Source: Sphaerodactylus townsendi (taxonomy: Eukaryota). From it: a stretch of 64,000 bases of DNA. The position numbers were made by a program, and so were the translations under genes. The notes beneath the pieces were generated by a model that was not told where the DNA came from, made no database searches, and was given only the letters and a program-made list of their open reading frames with translations. Shown in pieces: positions 11,420 through 22,008 of the stretch. Location: the NCBI RefSeq assembly GCF_021028975.2, contig NC_059427.1:45508001-45572000 (forward strand), read 5' to 3'. Position 1 is the first letter of the stretch. Every line of letters begins with the position of its first letter.

Positions 11420-13690
11420 TATTGAAGACATGCCACCACATTTAGTTACATAAAACATGGCTGTAAGAGTGTGGCTATTTGTATATTTTTGCCTGACAGA
11501 TAGGCACAAAGGGCTACAAGGCTGCTGAGTATGACTTTGAGCTTTAACATGTTGATGTGATAGAGCCTTTCTTGGGATGACCATGCTCTACTGGTCAATA
11601 TGTGGCTGACGTATGTGCCCCAGCTAAGCAAGGAGGCATTCAAGGAGACTGTGATTTCTGGTAGTGAGGAGAAAGGGAGCCCTTCTAAGAGACTATTGCA
11701 TTGGGTCCACCACTGAAGAGACCATAGCACCTGTCTTGGGATGGTAAACTTATTTGATTGATCATGCTAGAGAGGGTTGAAATCTCTGACAAACCACAGT
11801 TGTAAAGGGGCGAGTGCATGGTCATGCATATGGGATCACCATTATGGCCATTGTCCCTCAGCAGTATCATTATTGCTGACTGGAAATGCATTCTTTGCCA
11901 GTATATTCTGATCGCTAAGACCCTCTCTGAGGGAGTAGAAGACCATGGCTGGAACGAAACCTATTATGGAGTCTATGGAAGATACTATCTTTTGAGGGCC
12001 ATAGTTTGGATTTCTTTGTATTGACCTTTCAGGTCTAATATTGATGGAGTAAAAAGTATGTCGAGTAGAACTCAAGCAATGATCTTTTGGTGGTATACCT
12101 CAGCTACTGCCCCCTTGTTAAGCAGAATGTGAACCTCTGCTAGGAGTTCTGGGCATGGAACAGGGTGGGCTGGATGACAGAAGGGAGGTAAGCTCTGTCT
12201 CACAGCCCTTCGTCATGATGGTTACAACCCACTAGTCAAGGCTGGTGTCTTAACAAGTGATCTGATTGGATGTCAAGCCCTCTGTTAGATTATGAACTGG
12301 GCATGAACTGGGCAGTGATTGTCAAAAACCCTGTGGAGAAGATTGGTTAATTTTGGGCTTGCTTTGCTTCAAGGGTTAGTGAATCTCTGCTGAGTGAGAG
12401 GTTGGAATTGGTTATATATTCGGACTTTTGAAAGTAGCTTGAACATCAGTCTGAAGTCCTCGCCCTTTGGCCAGTGAGTAGTATGGCCTGATCTAGGGTT
12501 CATGTTGGAAGGTGTGGAGGAAATCAACCCTAAGGTCTTGCTGGTGTGTTTGTCTTTTTTCATTTCATTGAGGACTTCATCTGTATCAGCACTGAAGAGG
12601 TCCATGCCTTCAAATGGAAGGTCTTTGATCCTGGCACATGTCTTGTGGGGAAGCACAGAGGACCTCAGCCAGGAGTGGCAATGGCAGTTGTGAGTCTGCG
12701 AGCTGCACAGTCAGCAGAATGCTTTGCAGGGGAGATGTGACATTTGGAGAGTTTGGATGCCTCTAAGGCTAACAATTTTGCTAATTTTCACTTGACCTCT
12801 GGTACTTTTTCCAAGTATGGTGCAATGCCATCCCAAAGGAAGAGTTGGTATTGTGCTATTATGCACTTGTAATTGGCAATTTGAAGCTGAGGGAAGAGGA
12901 GCAAATTTTTCTGTCTACCATATCTACTTTACGTATTTTTTTGATGAATGGCACTGAGTGTTGAATGGATCATCGGGAGGGAAACAACCTGTCTGTACCT
13001 GGTCAGAAATTAGATGAGTGTATGGATACCAAACCCTGGCTTTAGTAGTCACACTCTCCTGGGTACGCCAATCAGGACATCAAATACAAATCCATCAGAT
13101 CTAGTTGGGGTGGTGGATCCATATGGTGAAAGAGGGAATTGGGTGGATAACAGGGGATCAAAGGTTCTAAATCTTGCACTTCACCCTCCAACATGGAATG
13201 GGAGAAGAATGGTGAGCAACCAGATGTAGAGGGCATTCTAGGAAAAGAAGTTGCCTTCTTAACTGGTTCCAAAGGCAATTTGAATGGAACTTGAGTCCAT
13301 AAATTGGGGACAGGAGCGGTTGGAAAAAATGTTTGATTTCAGATGATTGTCTGGATATTTGTGATGTACCTTCCTGGAAGGCTGTTCTGAAGAGCTGCAT
13401 TCAGCGGATGTGGGAGAGGAACTCATAGACATCCCTGGGTTTTGTATCAGACCCATGTTTGTCAGCTTCAGTCTTAAGAGTTTAGGAACCAAGGAAGTTC
13501 TGATTCTGGAAACAGAAGGATCCTCAGATCCTGGCACAGGAGGAGGCATATTGTTCAGGTTTTTCTCATGAACAGCACCAGACAAGAACTTTTCCCAGCG
13601 AGCCACTTTTGGGTGGGAAACTCTACTATCCCTATTTTTTGTAATTAATCGGTGAGCAGTATCATTCTGTTTGTCGAGGCACATAAGGAA
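11420..13690 (-). mobile_element. Decayed DIRS-like (tyrosine recombinase) retrotransposon fragment, gag and RT remnants; boundaries approximate
   Basis: Minus-strand remnants: IKDLPFEGMDLFSADTDEVL (DIRS gag-like), then TSLD*WVVTI, EVHILLNKGAV and EFYSTYFL, resembling the DIRS RT N-terminus; many stops and frameshifts. Confidence 0.6.
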
Positions 13691-14185
13691 TTATCATGGT
13701 CACCAGTGTAAAGAATTTTAAACCCATAGGACCTGTGTTCTTTGAAGACTGCTTTTTGTGCCATTTGAGGTCATTCCACATATGTCACCATTTATCCATA
13801 TTTAATATTTATTTAATATTTATTTATTTATTTATATTTAATATTTATGACATAATCATGACTTTTTCTTTCCCTAAACATAATCAGACCTGGATGAATC
13901 CAAAACAAGACACAAATTTATTGATAAGGAAATTCATTCTGCACATCTATAAGGCCACTGTCTCTTTCACATATCCCTAGGATGAATTCTGCATTGAAAC
14001 CAGGTCCAGAGGAATGATAGTACACCAGCTGGTTCACACATTGTAGTCTGAATGCATTATTCTGCTACATGTACTCCTTGATGTCCCTCAGTACTTAAAT
14101 TGTAAAAACAATTGCATTAATATTTATTTACCAGATTTATGCCCTACTTCAAACAACACTGCAATAATCATAGGCTAGTTCATAC

Positions 14186-14263
14186 CTCTCTCAAATGAGT
14201 TTTTGATATCATTGACTTCAACCTGAGATCCGGGAACTCTAAAAATACCCTGTTGTTGTAGAC
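14186..14263 (-). CDS. SRGAP3: SRGAP3 exon H (78 nt), RhoGAP arginine-finger exon
   Basis: (G)LQQQGIFRVPGSQVEVNDIKNSFER(G); catalytic GIFR motif intact; CTCTAG acceptor, GTATG donor. Confidence 0.97.
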
Positions 14264-14534
14264 CTAGAGTGAGCCAAGAAGTAAAAAGAAAGAGTGTATT
14301 CAAGTTCTTTTGAAAGCAAACTTTATATTTAGAATTGCAGATACTTCCTATTTCTATAATTAGTTTTTTTTAAAAAAATCTTCAGAAATAAATGTACCAG
14401 GCTAAACCTAAAATAATAAATTCTACATAATTTTGCTGTCCTCTATCTGTTATCATATATTACGATAAATCATCTGTTCTCTTATATATGTAATCTGATA
14501 TTAAGACAATGTTAAGGTGCTTAAAAAAGCACAC

Positions 14535-17032
14535 TATTATTATTATTATTATTATTTTATTGGACTTATATACCGCCCCATCCCCGAAGGGCTCAAGGTG
14601 CAATACATATAAACATACAGTATGTACAAGTAGCAATTTAAGGCAGCGACAAAAAAAGTTTTCATTTCCTATTTCCAATTATAAAACCCAACAAATTAAA
14701 GTGGCGGCCAGCATTCCAGTAATAAAAATCCCTCCCCCCTCAGAGAGGGAGGCATGGCGAGTCTTGTTGGATGACAGGTGGCCCAGTTGTCAAGGGCCGA
14801 AGAAAGGGGGCACTATTAGCGGCTGGTTCCTCCAAAGGCCCGGCGGAACAGTCTGCCTCTTACAGGCCCCCCCATGGAACTCCCCAAGGTCCCGCAGGGC
14901 CCGGACAGCTGGGTGGGCGAGCGCTCCACTCCAGGGCCGCCGGGCCAGGGGCCAGGAAGGTCCTGGGCTCCCGGCGGTGTGGAGGCCAGCCGCACTACTG
15001 AAGGGCCAGGGACCACTAGAAAATTGGCCTCCGCTGATCGGAGAGGCCGCGGTAGGGACATATGGGGTGATGCGGTCTCTAAGATAATGACGGTCCCAGG
15101 CCGCTGAATGGCCTTGAAGGTCAACACCAGCAATTCTGGAAGATGATCCAGAACTCTACTGGAAGCCAATGCAGCTGGCGAAAGCACAGGCTGGATGTGT
15201 TCCCAGGCGGCGCTACCTGTCAGCAAGCACGCCACAGCATGCTGAACCAGTTTTAATCTCCGGATCAAACGTAAGGGAAGGCCTGCCAGAGAGCGAAGTT
15301 ACAATAGTCTAATCTGGAGATGACCGCTGTAATGGACTACAGAGGCCAGATCCGGCTGGGGAGAGGAAGGGGGCCAGCCGCCGGGCCTGACGAAGGCGGA
15401 AAAAAGCAGCCTCATTAACAAGGCCACCTGGGTCAATCCTAAGCAGAGAGAGACAAATCCAGGCGGGACCCCAGGCTGCGGATCGAGGGGGTCAGCGCCA
15501 ATGTGGCCCCCTCCAAACCGGGCGGCTGGAAGGTCCCGCCCTCGGCGTCGCGGCCGAGCCAGAGGATCTCCGGCTTCGATGGGTTCAGCTTTAACTCGCT
15601 CTGTCGCAATCCAACCAGCAACCGCCTCCAGACAGTGCTGTAGAGCCGCGAGGGCGGGCGGCTGCTCGTCTCTCCATCAACAGAATGAGCCGCGTGTCAT
15701 CAGCGTGACTGGATGGCAAATCAGCCCAAAACTCCCGTACTCCAGCTGAGCAAGGGGTCGCATGTGTAGATATTAAATAGCAGCGGGGACAGTAACGCCT
15801 CCTGGGGTACACCGTGATTGAAGCTGGCACTTCCGGGAGGCCTGGTCCCCGCGACTCACTTGTTGAGTCCGGGCCCCCGGAGGAACGAGGCTATCCATTG
15901 GAGGACAGTGCCTCAGACTCCGGAGGCGGCCAGGGCGTGGGCCAAAAGGTCGTGGTCGCACTACCGCCAAACGCCAAGTGTGAGATCTAACAACACCAGC
16001 AGCCTCGCATCCACCTCGGTCAAGCTGAATATCGAGTGTATCTGTGGACGGCGACGAGAACAGTCTCCGTCCCATGCCCAGCACGGAAGCCGGACTGGAA
16101 GGGGTCAAAAGCCGGCGCGCCATCCAGAAAACCCTTTGAAGCTGCTCCAGCATTCACTCTCTCTACCACCTTCCCCAGAAACGAAAGATCTGAAGACGGG
16201 GTGGTAATTGGCCAGATCTCCAGGATCTAACGATGGTCTTTTTTAAGAGTAAGTGGACCACTGCCCTCCTTCAACCCATCCGGGAAGGTTCCCTTTGCTC
16301 AAGGGAACCATTGATTATGCCCCAACAGATGGGGTCGTAGTTCGCCTCCTCGCAGGCTTCTCGCTGCCAGGACGGGTACCATCCAGAGGACAGGTAGTAG
16401 GTCTAACGTCAGCCAAGGCTCTGTCAACAGCGGCTTCAGAGAGCAGGGAAAACTCAATCAGACAAGGACCCGAAGACGGCAAGGGAGTCTCCAGTTCTCT
16501 AATTGTAGTAAGCGCGGGACGGAAGGTCATGGCGGAGTGACGTGATCTTATCCGCAAAAAAGCTCATAAATGCCTCATAGCCACGCTCAATTGAGAGTTT
16601 GAGGATCTCTCCGCTAGGGAGGTCAACGACCTACTATGCGAAACAGTTGTGCTAAGGAGCTAGCGGATTGGAGGGAGGAGGAGAAGAAAGCCCTCTTCGC
16701 TTCCTTCGGCCGCCATATCTCATAGGCTTCTCATAAGCTGCCCTATAAGATGTTCAAGCAGCTTCGCCACGAGACTTCCTCCACACTCCCTCTCGGCCTC
16801 TTAGTCAGCTCCAAGCCCTCGCCTTCATGCGGCGCAGCTCCTCTGTATACCATGGAGCGCGCCGGGAGCGGGGGCGAAGAGGGCGCCGGGGGGCAACAAC
16901 ATCAATGGCATCAGAGAGACGGGAATTCCAATCCTCCACCTGCTCATCGAGCATGCCGGCGGGTTCAGGGTCCCGCAGAGCATTCAGGAAACCAAGTGGA
17001 TCCATAAGTCTCTGTGGGCGGGCATAAATCAG
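14535..17032 (-). mobile_element. 5'-truncated L2-clade LINE (ORF2 RT region, 3' UTR, (TAA)n tail), same orientation as SRGAP3
   Basis: Frameshifted ORF2 peptides (RAPWYTEELRRMK, VRPTTCPLD, LKLNPSKPE, LKLVQHAVACLLTG...HIQPVL, LLVLTFKA); (TAA)n tail at 14535-14556; GC- and CpG-rich. Confidence 0.88.
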
Positions 17033-17722
17033 CACTAGGGCAAAATATGACTGTCAAAAATTCAGTTCAGTATTTCACTGATCCTCTAGAAAACTGAAGC
17101 AAAGACAACAGCAGGCTTTTTCTGTTGTCCAAATTTAGAACTCCACATTTTACCACCAACTACTAACCTTCCCAGCAATCTGTGCTCTTGCCTAGGTAAA
17201 CTGACTGACTGAAAAATACGGGAAGGAAAAATTAAAACCGAGACTGATGTCAATTTCCAAATTCATAAGATGAGTAGGCAAGATAAAGCCATATTACTTC
17301 CTCTAATCTATGCAGACTTAGAGTGCTATTATCTGGAGATGCCCCCAGCCAAGGTGAAAAACTGCAATTGAAATGTTTGGATTGTTTGGCCCTTACATCA
17401 TTTACTTTTGACCAAGAAGAAACACTGATCACTGCTATGGTCTGAACTGCTGTAGTAGATGGAGATGTTCTAATTAACTTCATTCAGAAGTGTTTCAATT
17501 GTAACCCCCACAATTTGGCTAGCAAGCATATACAGAAACCAAATATTTATCACTCATTCCTTTTGATACAAAACCAATTAGAGATTAAATAACTATCATT
17601 AACATTCAGTCTCTTATAATTAGTCAAGGCAGCTGGTGTATTCATTGAGTTTCTGGGGAGAACTCTTTGCACTAGAGACGTGTGTAAGAACACTGAAACC
17701 AGTGGAGATCAGATCAACTTAC

Positions 17723-17783
17723 CGTATAAATTGATGTAGCGAATACAACTTTCAACCACTAGCGGGATTGCCTGTCCTGAATC
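17723..17783 (-). CDS. SRGAP3: SRGAP3 exon G (61 nt), start of RhoGAP domain
   Basis: DSGQAIPLVVESCIRYINLY(G); TGAAAG acceptor, GTAAGT donor. Confidence 0.96.
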
Positions 17784-18422
17784 CTTTCAAAGGAAATCAG
17801 ATTTTTAGAAGTAATTGTGAGCACTAGCTTGGTAAAGTCAATGCTTTAACGTAAACAAAAAAACTGCACAAAAAGCTCTAACTAAATAAATGAGCACTGT
17901 AAGGTTAGTCAGAGAGCAAGCAAGAAATTAATATAATAGTTGCTTATGTTTCCAGTACTTCACAGACCTCTGCAATATAATCCTTCAGCAATACCAACAA
18001 GAAGGTGGTTCTCAGTATCAACCTGACTTCAAAATCTAAATCAAAAAAAGGGCTAGTTCAGCTGGATCTCAATTACCTCTTCACAGAGATGTAGTTATCA
18101 GCCAGGTTTGTTTTTTCAATAAATGAGATAATTGTTAAAATTTTCACAATAAAATTTTCACAATCTCAGTAAAATAATGGTTGCCCCAGAACTAAGAGGC
18201 AAGCCTTTTTAAATGCCCCATTTTCTAACTAGAGGAAGAAAGGACAGACATCTTTTCTTTGGGAATTCAATTCTCCCTAAACCAACATTATGTGAACTCA
18301 TTGAAAAGAGTTGGGGCATATTTTCAACAAAGAATTAAAAAAGCATCCTTTCAATTTAATTTATGCATGTAGACACACACACATTATTTTTTTTTCCAGA
18401 TAGGAGTTCCTCTAGTAAATAC

Positions 18423-18453
18423 CTGGTTCCTTGTTCGAGCATTCCTTCTTCCT
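18423..18453 (-). CDS. SRGAP3: SRGAP3 alternative exon F' (31 nt), (R)GRRNARTRNQ, mutually exclusive with exon F
   Basis: TTATCAG|A GGA AGA AGG AAT GCT CGA ACA AGG AAC CAG|GTATTT; long pyrimidine tract; same entry and exit phase as exon F; peptide matches the recalled short mammalian SRGAP3 isoform. Confidence 0.9.
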
Positions 18454-20962
18454 CTGATAAGCAAATAAAGCAGCAAAGCAGGGAAAAAGAAAAGGTTAAG
18501 CAAGAATAAGATCTGTTAAAGTAAGCACATCTTCCAGAGGCTATGAAAGCTTAAATGCAATGGTAGCTTAGAAAGATCAAGGTAAAGCACCAACACCCCA
18601 TGTAACTTTTTAGTATGCAGCCTCTCAGCCTCAGTGACAGACTTCAGGGAACTTCCTGTCAGGCACTGTCCGACTTACTCCACCCAGCTCTTTCACAGCA
18701 GACTGCCAATTTGGAAAAAAAAGAGTAATGCTCTCTTAAGGCCCTATTGGTAAAAAGGGAAGGTTCAGCTCTTATACTATAGACAAACCCCTTCATGGTC
18801 AGATATTTCTGCCCCTTAGTTTACTGAGTACAAGGCAATTAAGGAGATGGGCAACAACTAGAGAGCAAGGTGGGGGAGTATTCCAATAACTATAACCAAA
18901 ACACAGCCTTGGTTTTACTGTTGAGCCTAGTTCAGAGTAGTGATGGCAGCAGATTCTATCAACACCGCTGCGTCTTTGCAGTTATCCAGTGAAATCTATC
19001 GAGGTGGCCTGATAATGTAAATGTGGACTGACAGCAATCCAGTGCTAACTTTTTGCAAACCACTGCACAGATAAAATTGCTCACATTTGCTGCAACTTAA
19101 GACTTTGCCACAGTTGCTGATCTGTCCCTTAGTCACAAATTTGGGGGTAGGTTTCATTTTTATTAGTTACTCCTTTATACAATTTTTGCCCATTTTTGCT
19201 CAGTGTTATCCTTTTTGCTGCTTTTTATCCTATTTTAATAATTACTGGGTATTCTGGGGCATTGACCCTTTTTGACTTATGTTATTGTTGACTGCATGGA
19301 GCTGTAAGGAGCTTCTGTTTCATATGTGATTTATACTACGGTGATCTATTTTGTGTGTTTTATGGATTAATATTAGACGATGTTTTTAAATCTACAGTTT
19401 CAAGCCACCAAGAGTACTCTGATGGGGAGTGCAGGGTACATTTGTTTTAAATTAAATATCCCCATATGGAGTTTAATTCAAAACAAGCCACTCAGAGCAG
19501 CTTGCATGGGGTTCCCCATACCAGTCTTCAACTGAGGAAGCGGAAAGAGTCATAGCAGCTTAGTTATAACTGTACAACTTCATTATATGCTTTCAGAACA
19601 TACTGTGGGTTAGACTTTTAGACTTTATACTGCCCATTAGTCATGCCAAGTGAAAAGCATTATTAAAAATGTCACAGACAGTTGAGTCAAGACCACTGAG
19701 GCCATTCATAAAGCAATTTGCTCTTGTACTAGAACCGTGATAATTGAAAAACTTGAATGTGATTCTGACCTAGGAATTGAGGAAGATTTGTTTTCTTTAA
19801 AGCAGTCTAGATTATGGTAAGGAGATATATATCTACATTTTGCCTTAGGCTAAATGTCTGCTGACTAGAGATACTTGTTTAATGGCACCAGTTTCTCAGT
19901 CCAATTAATACCTCTCTATTCCCTCAATGTGTTTTATGTTATAGATATAGAAGAAGTGAGATTAACCCAGCCCTATTTCACTACTCAGGACAGTACGAGA
20001 TTTTATACATATGGATTATTTTATGGTTTTGTGGTATGTGAGAGCATGTCAGCGTCTTGTAGTAGCCCCTCTTCCTTTTGTTGAACTGTTCCAAGACAAC
20101 TATATTAGGTTGATTTTATAAACAGCAACAAAAAAAAACAGGAAATAACTACTCTATCATTCAGCTGGCCACACAGTTATGCATGAATCAGTAATTTTCT
20201 CATTCTTGCCAACTGTGAGTTATGGGCTATTATTTCTTTTTTCTCCCTTCGTTTGAAGAGAAAACATTTTTATTTTAAATTTAAAACAGTGGTCAGGAAA
20301 GCAGAGATGCCTCAACAGAGGACAACATTCCCAAATGGCTTTTCTTTGCCACTTTCCTCCAAAACAAACAAACGTTCAAGAGTTCACTGTCTGTAGAATA
20401 AAAGTATACATTATGCTTCTATGTAAAAGTATACATCTTCACTTTTTTAAATGGCAGAGCCCTATCAGTCTGCTAACACCACAGTCTTTATTTGTTTTTT
20501 TAAAAAAATCAACATACTGCAAATCTCTTCCTATGGGAGCCAGGCATATTGCTTTTAACCTCTAAGATGTTCATATAAGCAACAGCTTGAAGTCACAGCA
20601 GTTTGGCCTGCAGTAACAAGATACGGCAGACTTCCATTAACATGGTAACAGGCATAAAGAGTGCTGTGCTTCCATACTGCTCCACATGGGTCTTTACCAT
20701 TATCTCATCCTTCCCAGTCAGAATGAATACAAGTGAAACACCAAATGTACGGATTAACTTGCCACTGTTGTAAGGAAGGACAGCTACCAAAACACAATCT
20801 TCACTGAGGCAGAAAGCATGCTAACCATGTTAATGGTATGGTGTGCAGTGCATGTGAAAGGCCAGGTCCAAGAAAGGAAAACAAGTCAGTGGTTAGAAGA
20901 GGGGAGAAAGCTACCCTTACATTCACCGTGTTCACAGACTCTCACTGTTAGACAGCAAGTAC

Positions 20963-21065
20963 CTTAATGAATGTTTCCATATTGCCGTTAAAGAGTTTAT
21001 GATTATAGACTGAAAGAGGCCTAGGTCTCCTCATTTTCTGTGGTTTAGGGGGAAGACAGGGGGGC
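20963..21065 (-). CDS. SRGAP3: SRGAP3 exon F (103 nt), proline-rich linker, mutually exclusive with exon F'
   Basis: (R)PPCLPPKPQKMRRPRPLSVYNHKLFNGNMETFIK; TCTTAG acceptor, GTACT donor. Confidence 0.95.
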
Positions 21066-21193
21066 CTAAGAAAAATGGAACAAAAAAATCAACAGAACAT
21101 CAATATGAATACAATGGTAGGGCAAAATCTCAAAAGAATGCAAATAAAAACAGTGGAGGGAGCTGGGAGGGGAAGAGAAGGCCGCTGATGCAG

Positions 21194-21331
21194 TGTTCTG
21201 TGACAGTCACTATCACTTGATTTCATTCTCAAATGTTAGGTGTTCTCTAACCTAGTTAGGTGTTCTCTAGTTAGGTGTTCTCTAACCTTGTTCTGTGACA
21301 GTCACTATCACTTGATTTCATTCTCAAATGT
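21194..21331. repeat. 43-bp exact direct repeat enclosing a 52-bp filler built from TTAGGTGTTCTCTA units
   Basis: TGTTCTGTGACAGTCACTATCACTTGATTTCATTCTCAAATGT at 21194-21236 and 21289-21331. Confidence 0.9.
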
Positions 21332-21753
21332 CTGCCATTTGCCCTACTGAGCTAAGGAATTCAAGACAGGGACTTGCCTGGATCTAAGGGTGAAATGCTA
21401 GCTTCCTGCTCTGAAGGAAAAGGGGATTGTATGGTATGAAGCAAGCTGAGAAATGACAGTGGAAAAGGGGATAGATGGGTACAAAACACCACCTGTTTGT
21501 GGCCTGGAGTGTGATCAGGAACTGGGAGGAGTTACAAGTTTAGTGAACCTAACAAAAGGTATGGATGATCAAAATAATCCATTTGAATATTACAGAATAA
21601 TCCATCTCACTAGAACCTCAGAAAAAAAATCCATAAAGCATCTTATACCCAGTGGATTCCAACTACCAGAATTTGTGGATTACCCTCCTATAACAATCTG
21701 TGCTAGGCCTGCAGCCAAGGAGGCTTTAGACTCAACAGTAACTATGACAAGCA

Positions 21754-22008
21754 TAGGGGCATAGCTTACTAAAGTAGTGCCCTGGGTGCTCCACCCCGCA
21801 CCTGTGCTCCATTGCTAACCCTACCCTGGCTGACTCCATCCTGAAATTCTATGTGGAGTTTGGGGGCAGGTCTCCATATTGATGGGAGTTTGGGAGCAGG
21901 GCTAGTCCTGCTGGCCAATATTTAATTGTGCTCCTGTCCAGAGTAACGTGCCCCCAGGGAAGTCGTGCCTGGGCTCTAGCCCCTTGTGCCCCCCTTGCTA
22001 TGCCAGTT
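21754..22008. mobile_element. Old non-autonomous hAT-like element
   Basis: Degenerate TIRs (GGCATAGC and GCTATGCC) with 8-bp TSD GACAAGCA (21746-21753, 22009-22016). Confidence 0.6.

Noticed and set aside
14509-15087. 192-aa plus-strand ORF and neighbouring ORFs up to 17027
   Set aside because: Antisense or alternative frames of the GC-rich L2 element; the poly-Ile run comes from the (TAT)n tail.
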